Source of the DNA: an uncultured Clostridium sp. | GTDB lineage: Bacteria > Bacillota > Clostridia > TANB77 > CAG-508 | DNA length: 64,000 nt | Reading direction: 5' to 3' | Assembly (NCBI GenBank): GCA_930986425.1 | Contig: CAKNJR010000005.1 | Location: 27,638 to 91,637 of the forward strand | Shown here: positions 1 through 9,617 of the stretch, piece by piece | Numbering within the stretch: the stretch's first letter is position 1 | Layout of the letters: each line of letters starts with the position of its first letter | Made by a program: the position numbers and the translations under genes | The notes under the pieces: generated by a model | Databases searched by the model: none | The model's input: the letters and a program-made list of their open reading frames with translations, nothing else | What the model was told of the DNA's origin: nothing

Positions 1-522
1 TTCGTCTCCATTTGAAAAGCCATAAGTATCATTATATGCCTTGAAATTATCTAAATCCAAATACATCATTGCAAATTTTTTGCCTTCATCTAATCTTTCT
101 TGCATTTCTGTCTGGATTTGATTATTTCCTGGAAGCCCTGTTAGAGGGCTTACAGTTCTATTTTTATTCAGTAATTTTATTAAATTCATAATTGTATAAT
201 AAATAATATGATAATTAGTTGGATATTTTAAGCAAATTTCTACGTCATTTTTTAAAATATCTAAAATATGCTCTTCATCATCTGATGCACTAAGTACAAT
301 TGTTAGAACATTAGTATTATCTTTAATTTTTCTAACCGCTTGCTTTATATCTAAACTTAAATATTCTTCATTTATTATACACATATCTGGAGTATCTTTT
401 TCTTTTATTTCGTTAGCGTGTATACTTTCAAGTTGTACATTTTTTTCTTTTTTCATAATCTTTTTTAAAGATTTTAACAATTTTCCATCTTTATCTTCAT
501 CTAATAGATATACTTTTTTCAT
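1..522 (-). CDS. GGDEF-domain diguanylate cyclase, N-terminal 174 aa only (gene runs off the left edge); receiver-like N-terminus
   Basis: Absent from the ORF track because the window edge truncates it. Reverse translation from ATG 522 (AAAGGA 9 nt upstream) gives MKKVYLLDEDKDG...RTVSPLTGLPGNNQIQTEMQERLDEGKKFAMMYLDLDNFKAYNDTYGFSNGDE. This is the LTGLxN...DxDxFKxxNDxxGxxxGD opening of GGDEF domains. The frame stays open to base 1. Confidence 0.75.
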   Translation of the reverse strand, partial: MKKVYLLDEDKDGKLLKSLKKIMKKEKNVQLESIHANEIKEKDTPDMCIINEEYLSLDIKQAVRKIKDNTNVLTIVLSASDDEEHILDILKNDVEICLKYPTNYHIIYYTIMNLIKLLNKNRTVSPLTGLPGNNQIQTEMQERLDEGKKFAMMYLDLDNFKAYNDTYGFSNGDE

Positions 523-555
523 GCTTTTATATCCTTTCATCAGATTAAAAGTTTA

Positions 556-1557
556 TTATAGTGTGACAGTAAATGATTGTTCTTCTACTAGGCCACTTAT
601 ATTTGTTACTGTAATTGTAACAGTATGAGTTCCTGGTGTTATTTCTTGAGTCGCTCTAATTTCTTTTTTATTTAAAGGAGCATCTCCTGTATCTGTTGTA
701 ACTCCATCTACTGTTATTGCAATTTTGCTAATTCCTTCTTCATCTTGTGCATTTATAACTAAGTTTGTTCCTTCTGCTGTAACTGTAAATGTTGGTCTAT
801 TAGCACCCTTGATTGTTTCTGTTTGAGTAGTTGTGTTTCCGTCATTATCTACTGCTGTAATTGTTAAAGTATTTTGTCCTCTTAATACCTCTACACTTGC
901 TCTTATCTGAGTTCTATCTGTGCTTGTAGAATCCAAATCTACTCTTGTAGGCTCTTCATCATTCCATTGATATGTTAAATATGACATCTCTGTTTCGTCT
1001 TTTGCTGTTATATTCAGCATATTTCCTGAAACACTTATTTCTATTGTTGGTTTTGAGCTTTCGTCTTGTTCATTTATATATTGTTTTTGGAATTGATATT
1101 CATTTCCATAGTAATCTGTTACTGTTATATTTAATATATTATTTCCAGTTGGAATTTGAGTTGTTGTTTCTAATTCTACTGTTCCGTTTCCTTGTACAGT
1201 TGTTGTTTCACCTTGTCCCCATCTATATTGTATTTGAGCGATAGGCATTTGTCCTACTGCACTTATTGTAACTTCAGTTCCTATTGGGTTTGCAGTAACT
1301 TGAGGTTCGTCTGCTAATTTTGGTTTTGATGATAGTATTCCATAAGTTGCATCTCCTATTAAAGTAAGTCCAAATAATATTATAAGTACACAAAAAACTC
1401 TTACTATTGAAACAATGCTAGCTTTATTTTCATTTGGGCTATTATAATCTACTCTTGTTTGATTATACTGATTTTTTTCTTTTTTTACCTTTTGCTGTTT
1501 AGCTTGTTTTTTTGGATTTGGCTCATTATCTGGTTGCATAGATAATATCTGATTCAT
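556..1557 (-). CDS. Membrane-anchored protein with tandem Ig-like beta-rich repeats
   Basis: 333-aa ORF with a K/Q-rich N-terminus and one TM helix (IVSIVRVFCVLIILFGLTLIG). Repeated beta-rich modules follow, ending in ITVTDYYGN / TITAVDNDGN / VTITVTNISG-type motifs. The gene starts 19 nt after the stop of adhesin A, so it looks operonic. Confidence 0.6.
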   Translation of the reverse strand: MNQILSMQPDNEPNPKKQAKQQKVKKEKNQYNQTRVDYNSPNENKASIVSIVRVFCVLIILFGLTLIGDATYGILSSKPKLADEPQVTANPIGTEVTISAVGQMPIAQIQYRWGQGETTTVQGNGTVELETTTQIPTGNNILNITVTDYYGNEYQFQKQYINEQDESSKPTIEISVSGNMLNITAKDETEMSYLTYQWNDEEPTRVDLDSTSTDRTQIRASVEVLRGQNTLTITAVDNDGNTTTQTETIKGANRPTFTVTAEGTNLVINAQDEEGISKIAITVDGVTTDTGDAPLNKKEIRATQEITPGTHTVTITVTNISGLVEEQSFTVTL

Positions 1558-1576
1558 ATTCTATTATCCTTTCTTT

Positions 1577-4105
1577 TTATATTACATACCTTTTAATTAA
1601 GAATACTCCTCCAGCGATAATTGCTAATGTTCCGGCTGTTATTCCTATATATAATGGTGCGCTACCTGTTACCATTGTTAATGCTACTGGTGCATCATCT
1701 ATATCATCTTCTCCTTCTACTTTATTATTTGGAGTTGAGTCTATATCTGGTGTTTCACTTTCATTATAGTCTTCGCTTATTTCTGCTGTATTTATCATTA
1801 CTCCCATGTTCTCTTCATCATTTATCCATGTTAGTACTATTTCTACTACTGCACTTTCTCCTGGCTCTAGTAATGTATCCTTTAATGCATCTGTTACTAC
1901 TTTTCCATCTACTTCTCTCCAGCCTGGGTTATCTGCTTGATTGAATTCTAGTCCTTCTGGAATGTAGTCTGAAATTTCTGTTGCATATCCTGGTATTTCT
2001 CCTTCATTTGTTATTCTTATTTGATATCTGAATTTTATTATTGTGTTATCTATTCTGTCTTGGTTTAAGTCTACTCTTACTACTGGTTCTGGGTCTTGTT
2101 CTGCATAATGGCCTGTATCTTTTACTTTTTCTACTCCGTCTTCTATTAGTATAACTTGACTTACCCATTTTCTTAATGCTAAGTCAAAGTATTGTACATA
2201 GATTTTCTCTATATCTTGGTCATCTTCTCCATCTATCCATTCGTCCGGAGTTGAATCTATATCTTCTACCTCTTCTCCATTTTCGTCTGCATCTTCACTT
2301 ATTTCTGCTCTATTTATTATTATTCTATCTGATGTATTTGGCTCTGTTACTCTGAATGCTACTCTTACATCTTTGTAGTCAGGTGTTTCCATTGTATCTT
2401 TATCATAGGCTTGTATTAAGTTTTCCCCTAGTGTTTCTTCATTTTCTTTTGATAGATAGTCTGTTCTTATATATACTGCCTCTTCTGCATTTTCTGTTAC
2501 ATTTCCATTTGCATCATACATTACCCATCTGTATTCTTGGTTTACTTCGTTTTCCGGTAAGAATATTAATCCTTCTGGTACATCATCTTTTATTTCTTCT
2601 GCATATCCTGACATATTTCCTTCGTTGTATATTCTTATTGTATATATTACTATATCATTTTGGCATACTCTTACTGGCTCTTTTGTGTGGTTATATGTGA
2701 AGCTTGTTATTATATTGCCATTTTCATCTTCTGTTCCATAAAGAGATGTGTCTACTTGTGGTATTCTGTTTGTTATTTCTTCGTCATTTACTCCTGTGAT
2801 GAATTTTCTTAATGCTAAATCAAATTGTTTTAATATTACCTTCTCAAAATCGTCATCGTCTTCTTGTCCTGGTATATATTCGTCTCCTCTTTCTATTTCT
2901 TCATCTCTGTAATTTGGTAAGTCTTCATCTGATGGTAATACTACTTCATTTTCATTATCTCTATCTGGTATATCTAATTCATTTCTGTATTCTGTTATTT
3001 CTGCTATATTTGTTATTTCTTTTAAATATTCTGCACTATCTCTTACTCTACATTTTACTTGTATATCTGCATAATCTAATGTACTTCCTCCATTAAATGC
3101 TGTAAGTAATGTATTTCTTAGGTAGTCTGTTTCTATTGTTCTTTCATCTGTCTGCGTCCAACCATATTCCTGATTTAATTCATCATTTGGTAAGAATTCT
3201 AGTTCTGGTGGTAGATGGTCTACTATCTTTTCTACATATCCATCTACTTGTCCTTCATTATATACTCTTATTGTGTATATTACTTCGTCGCCCTTCTTTA
3301 CTTCTACTGGCTCTTTTGTATGATTGTAATTTGCTGTTGTTTCTCCATTTAATAATGGGCTTGTATCTACTTCTGGTATTCTATTTGTTACTTCTCTATC
3401 ATTTACTCCTGTGATGAATTTTCTTAGTGATAAATCAAAATATGTTGGTTCCATTATTAACTCTTCGTAGTCATCATCATCTTCATATCCTTTTCCTTTT
3501 TCTGATGTTTCTGGGTTGTAATTGTTCTTTTCTTCTTCTGTTAAATTATCTGGAGTTGAATCTACATCTTCTGTTCCTCCTAAGATGTCTTCTGCCTCTG
3601 TGATTTCTGCTACGTTTTTCAATGATATTCTTTCATCACTTGCTCTTCTTACTACTCTACACTCTATTTGTACATCTACATAATCTAAGCCATTTGTTGA
3701 ATTTGCTGTGCCTTGTATTAATGTATCTGCCAAATATCTGGTTTTTATTGTTTGTCCTTCTGCTGTCCAACCATATTGTGCATTTATACTACTTTCTGAT
3801 GCTGGTATTAACTCTAGTCCTTCTGGTAAATAGTCAGTGATTTCCTTTGCATATCCATCTATTTTTCCTTCATTGTAGATTCTTATTGTATATCTTACTA
3901 TGTTTCCTGTTTTTACGATTAGTGGTGTTTTTGTATGTGTCTTTTCTGCTGTTGTTCCATCATCAAATGTTCCTTCTCCATTTGCAACAGATTGTGCTTC
4001 ATCTTCACTTATTTGTGGTTCACGGCTTGTCTCTACTGCATTTCCATTTATATGTGTTATATATTTTCTTAATGCTAAGTCAAATGGTTGCTTTCTATTT
4101 GTAAT
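1577..4105. repeat. Segmental duplication, copy 1 (3' end of adhesin A), matching 7050..9617
   Basis: 1577-3689 corresponds to 7050-9162 (offset 5473) and 3761-4105 to 9273-9617 (offset 5512). Both minus-strand proteins and all plus-strand antisense ORFs are letter-identical across these blocks (1621..1944 = 7094..7417, 2356..2700 = 7829..8173, 2812..3096 = 8285..8569, 3109..3414 = 8582..8887). The first mismatches I read are at 3690/9163 and 4106/9618. Confidence 0.85.
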
Positions 4106-6799
4106 AATTATTGTTATTGTATTTGTTTCTTCATCATATTCCCAGTTTGTAGCTTCTGAACTTACATTAACATTCTCAAGTATATATTCTCCATTTGATA
4201 CTGTTGTATGTGCATCTACTACTATTGGACTTGTTAGTACTGAATCATATCCTGTTGGAGCTGTTGTTTCTGTAATTGTTAAACGATAATGTTCTCCTTC
4301 TCCGTATATAGGATTTGTAATATTTATTTCACCATTTTCATTTGTTGTATAACTATTTGTTGCTCTTTCGGAACTATCATTTCCTGTACTCCTGTCTTCT
4401 ATTACTGTGCTTTCTACTGTAAATACCGCACCCTGTAATTTTTTATTAGCATCATTTTCATCTTGTTTTATTATTTTTAAATTATATGAGCCTTCTAATT
4501 TTTCATTTGGTACAGTTACTTGTACAGTTAACGCTCCTGAATTATTTACTATTGTTACATCTTCGTATTCTGTTCCATCTTCTAATGTTGCATCTACACT
4601 ACTTATTGTATATTGTCCATTATTTTCTGTTTTATTTACTTTTAGAGTAATTGTTCCTGAGAATGATGAATATTCATCAGGTGGTCTAACTTCTCTTATT
4701 GTTATTGTATCTTGTGATGTTGTGTCTGTGATTGCTATATCATTTATTGAGATTTCTCCATTTTCGTCTGTTTCGACTTGTGTTTCTTGCTCATTATTTA
4801 CTTTTACTGCAAATATTGCTCCTCCTAGTTTTTCATGTGTTAGCATATCTTCTTTTATGATTTTGAAATTATAGCTTCCTGTTATTTTTGTGTTGTTTAT
4901 TGTTACTTGTACTGTATTTACTCCATCTGAACTTGTTGTTAAATTTGCATTACTACTTCCTGTTACATTACTTGCCACATATTTTCCATTTTGTTCTTCC
5001 TTCACTACTGTTAATTCTATTGGAGTATTATTTAATGCATATCCATCAGGTGCTTCTATTTCGGTAATTGTTATTGTATCTGGATTTGAAACATTTGTTA
5101 TTTGTATACTATTAATATTTATTTCTCCATTAGAATCTGTTGTGTATTCTTGTGCACTTCCTCCATTTATGCTTATATTAAATCTTGCTCCTGATAATTT
5201 ATCTTGGTTTGAAGAATCTTGTTTTATCAATTTTAATTTATATGAGCCTGAAAGTGTAGAGTTATTAACTGTAATATTTACTGTGTTTACTCCATTACTT
5301 CCTTGAGTTACATTAACACTTCCATTTTCAACTAGTCCATCATTAACATTTGAAGTAACATTACTTGCTACATATCTTCCATCTTGCAATGCTTTTGTTA
5401 CAGTCAATGTTATTGGTGTATCATTTAAAATATATCCATCAGGTGCTGTTATTTCTGTTATTGTTATTGTATCTGGATTTGATATGTCTGTAATATTTAT
5501 TCCATCTATTGTAATCTCTCCGCTTGAATCTGTAGTATATGGAGCAGCTGCGCCATTATTTATGCTTATATTAAATGTTGCTCCATCTAATTTGTTTTTA
5601 TTAGAAGAATCTTGTTTTACTAATTTAAAATTATATGAACCCGTTGGTTTTGGTAGTGTAACTTCAGATGTACTTGAATAATTTTTGTTTACTCTATCTA
5701 TAATTACTACTGGTTGATTTATTGTAAGTTCATTTTCTCCTACTGTCCACATTATTGGAGTTGTGACTTGTGTGCTTACGGAAACCTTTAACACAACATT
5801 TTCTATGTTTGTGCTTACGGGTACTGATATATAGAAGTTATTTCCTACTGTAGAATTAATTTTATCTCCTATAGTGCTTCCTGCCGTAACCTCTTGCATA
5901 TTTTGATTTAATATGCTTACATTTGAAATATCATTTGTTCCATCTGTTATTGTTGCAGATAATGTATACTCTGTATCATTATTTTTTTCTAATGTATATG
6001 GTCCTATTATATAATTGCTTCCTTGTATTTGAACTCTAACAGAGTCCGAATTTAGTGTTACCGGATTTGCCGTATTAGTTTCATAAGTATATCCATCTCT
6101 TACTGCATTTATTGCACCTTCAACTAAATAAGTATATATTGTGTCTATTTCGTTATCTACTATGTCTAAACCATATCTGTCTATAAGCGATACTCCATTT
6201 ACATATAGTTCTAATGTATTAGTATATGGATTATGATATTCTCCATCTGGGTTAGTAAAATACCATATTGCTACTTGTTCTATTGACTCTACTATATCTT
6301 CTACTGCACTTGTAGGTATTGTTCCATCTTTGAATTTACTATTACTTCCTATTCCCACTCTTTGTAAAAATTGATCCAATGTTTCTGTGTCTGGATTGTA
6401 TATATGGTCTAATACCCATACCAATTCATTATATGTTGTCATATCACTTGGTAGCTGATTTCTATATGCTCCTGTTATTGAACTTGGATTTTTTATATCA
6501 AAATATTGTGTATATGCTATAGCTGTATTATCATAATCAGCTGAGCCAAATCCTGGCCCTGCCTTTATACAGAATATTACTGTTCCATCATCATTTTCTA
6601 CTGTTCCAGAGCTGTTGTATTTCACTATATCAAATATTGATTTGTTCATAAATGTATAGTTTCCAGTTTCTCTATCAGTTGAAAATCCTTTTAGGCCCAA
6701 ATACATTGGTCCACCACTTGCTCCTTCTGATATTCCCATTGTAAAAAGCATTATTAATATTATTAAAAATATAGCTTTTAATACACTTGTTTTTTTCAT
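1577..6799 (-). CDS. Giant surface adhesin A: thioester (TQxA-type) domain, 4 CnaB-type repeats, 4 DUF11-like repeats, C-terminal TM anchor
   Basis: The track ORF is 1577..6859. I prefer ATG 6799 (MKKTSVLK, GAAGGGA 8 nt upstream) because the predicted promoter lies at 6875-6903. A signal peptide is present. Cys in VIFCIKAGPGFGS and Gln in IEQVAIWYFTNPDG match the Cys / QxA(I/V)W thioester-domain signature. Repeats are of the form GSYNFKLVKQD...TITITEITAPDGY and FDLALRK...IYNEG...NVAEI...DVDSTPDN...EDDDD. The tail is TMVTG, then a hydrophobic helix, then KRYVI. Confidence 0.85.
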   Translation of the reverse strand: MKKTSVLKAIFLIILIMLFTMGISEGASGGPMYLGLKGFSTDRETGNYTFMNKSIFDIVKYNSSGTVENDDGTVIFCIKAGPGFGSADYDNTAIAYTQYFDIKNPSSITGAYRNQLPSDMTTYNELVWVLDHIYNPDTETLDQFLQRVGIGSNSKFKDGTIPTSAVEDIVESIEQVAIWYFTNPDGEYHNPYTNTLELYVNGVSLIDRYGLDIVDNEIDTIYTYLVEGAINAVRDGYTYETNTANPVTLNSDSVRVQIQGSNYIIGPYTLEKNNDTEYTLSATITDGTNDISNVSILNQNMQEVTAGSTIGDKINSTVGNNFYISVPVSTNIENVVLKVSVSTQVTTPIMWTVGENELTINQPVVIIDRVNKNYSSTSEVTLPKPTGSYNFKLVKQDSSNKNKLDGATFNISINNGAAAPYTTDSSGEITIDGINITDISNPDTITITEITAPDGYILNDTPITLTVTKALQDGRYVASNVTSNVNDGLVENGSVNVTQGSNGVNTVNITVNNSTLSGSYKLKLIKQDSSNQDKLSGARFNISINGGSAQEYTTDSNGEININSIQITNVSNPDTITITEIEAPDGYALNNTPIELTVVKEEQNGKYVASNVTGSSNANLTTSSDGVNTVQVTINNTKITGSYNFKIIKEDMLTHEKLGGAIFAVKVNNEQETQVETDENGEISINDIAITDTTSQDTITIREVRPPDEYSSFSGTITLKVNKTENNGQYTISSVDATLEDGTEYEDVTIVNNSGALTVQVTVPNEKLEGSYNLKIIKQDENDANKKLQGAVFTVESTVIEDRSTGNDSSERATNSYTTNENGEINITNPIYGEGEHYRLTITETTAPTGYDSVLTSPIVVDAHTTVSNGEYILENVNVSSEATNWEYDEETNTITIIITNRKQPFDLALRKYITHINGNAVETSREPQISEDEAQSVANGEGTFDDGTTAEKTHTKTPLIVKTGNIVRYTIRIYNEGKIDGYAKEITDYLPEGLELIPASESSINAQYGWTAEGQTIKTRYLADTLIQGTANSTNGLDYVDVQIECRVVRRASDERISLKNVAEITEAEDILGGTEDVDSTPDNLTEEEKNNYNPETSEKGKGYEDDDDYEELIMEPTYFDLSLRKFITGVNDREVTNRIPEVDTSPLLNGETTANYNHTKEPVEVKKGDEVIYTIRVYNEGQVDGYVEKIVDHLPPELEFLPNDELNQEYGWTQTDERTIETDYLRNTLLTAFNGGSTLDYADIQVKCRVRDSAEYLKEITNIAEITEYRNELDIPDRDNENEVVLPSDEDLPNYRDEEIERGDEYIPGQEDDDDFEKVILKQFDLALRKFITGVNDEEITNRIPQVDTSLYGTEDENGNIITSFTYNHTKEPVRVCQNDIVIYTIRIYNEGNMSGYAEEIKDDVPEGLIFLPENEVNQEYRWVMYDANGNVTENAEEAVYIRTDYLSKENEETLGENLIQAYDKDTMETPDYKDVRVAFRVTEPNTSDRIIINRAEISEDADENGEEVEDIDSTPDEWIDGEDDQDIEKIYVQYFDLALRKWVSQVILIEDGVEKVKDTGHYAEQDPEPVVRVDLNQDRIDNTIIKFRYQIRITNEGEIPGYATEISDYIPEGLEFNQADNPGWREVDGKVVTDALKDTLLEPGESAVVEIVLTWINDEENMGVMINTAEISEDYNESETPDIDSTPNNKVEGEDDIDDAPVALTMVTGSAPLYIGITAGTLAIIAGGVFLIKRYVI
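4100..5650 (-). repeat. In-frame tandem CnaB/SpaA-type domain repeats (4 units) inside adhesin A
   Basis: Four units begin with (T/S/E)GSY(N/K)(F/L)K(L/I)(V/I)K(Q/E)D and contain TITI(T/R)E(I/V)xxPDxY. Confidence 0.75.
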
Positions 6800-6874
6800 A
6801 TTTTCCATCCCTTCTAACACATTAAAATTATGTAATCTTCTTTTTATATTTTTTTGCATTTTTACTTATAATAT

Positions 6875-6903
6875 ACTATATATCAACAATTTCTTTTTTT
6901 CAA
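6875..6903 (-). promoter_or_regulatory. Putative sigma-A promoter of adhesin A (TTGAAA-17-TATAGT)
   Basis: The minus strand reads TTGAAA (6903..6898), a 17-nt spacer, then TATAGT (6880..6875). The same arrangement and flanking sequence (TTGATATATAGTATATTATA) recur upstream of adhesin B. Confidence 0.4.
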
Positions 6904-6928
6904 TAACTTTTTCAATTTTTTTCAATTA

Positions 6929-6970
6929 GAAACGGTCCTTAAATGATTTTTTTCATTTAAGGACCGTTTC
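6929..6970 (-). terminator. Perfect 18-bp stem hairpin downstream of adhesin B
   Basis: GAAACGGTCCTTAAATGA, a TTTTTT loop, then TCATTTAAGGACCGTTTC. It lies 80 nt past the adhesin B stop. There is no clean U-tract on the minus strand, so terminator efficiency is uncertain. Confidence 0.5.
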
Positions 6971-7049
6971 TGCCTAAAAATATATCTGATTCCGCCTAAA
7001 ATATATTTTTAAGTATTAAATTACATATCTTTATTTAAAACATTTCTTC

Positions 7050-9617
7050 TTATATTACATACCTTTTAATTAAGAATACTCCTCCAGCGATAATTGCTAA
7101 TGTTCCGGCTGTTATTCCTATATATAATGGTGCGCTACCTGTTACCATTGTTAATGCTACTGGTGCATCATCTATATCATCTTCTCCTTCTACTTTATTA
7201 TTTGGAGTTGAGTCTATATCTGGTGTTTCACTTTCATTATAGTCTTCGCTTATTTCTGCTGTATTTATCATTACTCCCATGTTCTCTTCATCATTTATCC
7301 ATGTTAGTACTATTTCTACTACTGCACTTTCTCCTGGCTCTAGTAATGTATCCTTTAATGCATCTGTTACTACTTTTCCATCTACTTCTCTCCAGCCTGG
7401 GTTATCTGCTTGATTGAATTCTAGTCCTTCTGGAATGTAGTCTGAAATTTCTGTTGCATATCCTGGTATTTCTCCTTCATTTGTTATTCTTATTTGATAT
7501 CTGAATTTTATTATTGTGTTATCTATTCTGTCTTGGTTTAAGTCTACTCTTACTACTGGTTCTGGGTCTTGTTCTGCATAATGGCCTGTATCTTTTACTT
7601 TTTCTACTCCGTCTTCTATTAGTATAACTTGACTTACCCATTTTCTTAATGCTAAGTCAAAGTATTGTACATAGATTTTCTCTATATCTTGGTCATCTTC
7701 TCCATCTATCCATTCGTCCGGAGTTGAATCTATATCTTCTACCTCTTCTCCATTTTCGTCTGCATCTTCACTTATTTCTGCTCTATTTATTATTATTCTA
7801 TCTGATGTATTTGGCTCTGTTACTCTGAATGCTACTCTTACATCTTTGTAGTCAGGTGTTTCCATTGTATCTTTATCATAGGCTTGTATTAAGTTTTCCC
7901 CTAGTGTTTCTTCATTTTCTTTTGATAGATAGTCTGTTCTTATATATACTGCCTCTTCTGCATTTTCTGTTACATTTCCATTTGCATCATACATTACCCA
8001 TCTGTATTCTTGGTTTACTTCGTTTTCCGGTAAGAATATTAATCCTTCTGGTACATCATCTTTTATTTCTTCTGCATATCCTGACATATTTCCTTCGTTG
8101 TATATTCTTATTGTATATATTACTATATCATTTTGGCATACTCTTACTGGCTCTTTTGTGTGGTTATATGTGAAGCTTGTTATTATATTGCCATTTTCAT
8201 CTTCTGTTCCATAAAGAGATGTGTCTACTTGTGGTATTCTGTTTGTTATTTCTTCGTCATTTACTCCTGTGATGAATTTTCTTAATGCTAAATCAAATTG
8301 TTTTAATATTACCTTCTCAAAATCGTCATCGTCTTCTTGTCCTGGTATATATTCGTCTCCTCTTTCTATTTCTTCATCTCTGTAATTTGGTAAGTCTTCA
8401 TCTGATGGTAATACTACTTCATTTTCATTATCTCTATCTGGTATATCTAATTCATTTCTGTATTCTGTTATTTCTGCTATATTTGTTATTTCTTTTAAAT
8501 ATTCTGCACTATCTCTTACTCTACATTTTACTTGTATATCTGCATAATCTAATGTACTTCCTCCATTAAATGCTGTAAGTAATGTATTTCTTAGGTAGTC
8601 TGTTTCTATTGTTCTTTCATCTGTCTGCGTCCAACCATATTCCTGATTTAATTCATCATTTGGTAAGAATTCTAGTTCTGGTGGTAGATGGTCTACTATC
8701 TTTTCTACATATCCATCTACTTGTCCTTCATTATATACTCTTATTGTGTATATTACTTCGTCGCCCTTCTTTACTTCTACTGGCTCTTTTGTATGATTGT
8801 AATTTGCTGTTGTTTCTCCATTTAATAATGGGCTTGTATCTACTTCTGGTATTCTATTTGTTACTTCTCTATCATTTACTCCTGTGATGAATTTTCTTAG
8901 TGATAAATCAAAATATGTTGGTTCCATTATTAACTCTTCGTAGTCATCATCATCTTCATATCCTTTTCCTTTTTCTGATGTTTCTGGGTTGTAATTGTTC
9001 TTTTCTTCTTCTGTTAAATTATCTGGAGTTGAATCTACATCTTCTGTTCCTCCTAAGATGTCTTCTGCCTCTGTGATTTCTGCTACGTTTTTCAATGATA
9101 TTCTTTCATCACTTGCTCTTCTTACTACTCTACACTCTATTTGTACATCTACATAATCTAAGTTACTTACTGGTGTTTGTCCATTTGTTGCTCCATCATT
9201 TTCTTCTACATTGCTTCCTGTTCCTCTTATTAAAGTGTCTGCTAAGTATGTTGTTGTTACTTCTCTACCATTTGCTGTCCAACCATATTGTGCATTTATA
9301 CTACTTTCTGATGCTGGTACTAACTCTAGTCCTTCTGGTAAATAGTCAGTGATTTCCTTTGCATATCCATCTATTTTTCCTTCATTGTAGATTCTTATTG
9401 TATATCTTACTATGTTTCCTGTTTTTACGATTAGTGGTGTTTTTGTATGTGTCTTTTCTGCTGTTGTTCCATCATCAAATGTTCCTTCTCCATTTGCAAC
9501 AGATTGTGCTTCATCTTCACTTATTTGTGGTTCACGGCTTGTCTCTACTGCATTTCCATTTATATGTGTTATATATTTTCTTAATGCTAAGTCAAATGGT
9601 TGCTTTCTATTTGTAAT
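7050..9617. repeat. Segmental duplication, copy 2 (3' end of adhesin B)
   Basis: See copy 1. It is interrupted by a divergent patch at 9163-9272, which is 39 nt longer than the patch in copy 1. Confidence 0.85.

Noticed and set aside
6800-6859. N-terminal extensions given by the track: adhesin A from 6859, adhesin C from 17852, pilin copy 3 from TTG 47319, the GC-rich membrane protein from TTG 26470, and the relaxase from GTG 21051.
   Set aside because: In each case a downstream start has a much better Shine-Dalgarno sequence and gives a sensible signal peptide or N-terminus. For the adhesins, the predicted promoter would also lie too close to or inside the extension. The shorter models are used.
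6971-7011. Two adjacent copies of GCCTAAAA(A)TATAT between the hairpin at 6929-6970 and the adhesin B stop.
   Set aside because: Only two short AT-rich copies with no symmetry or conserved counterpart near the other adhesin genes. Likely chance.
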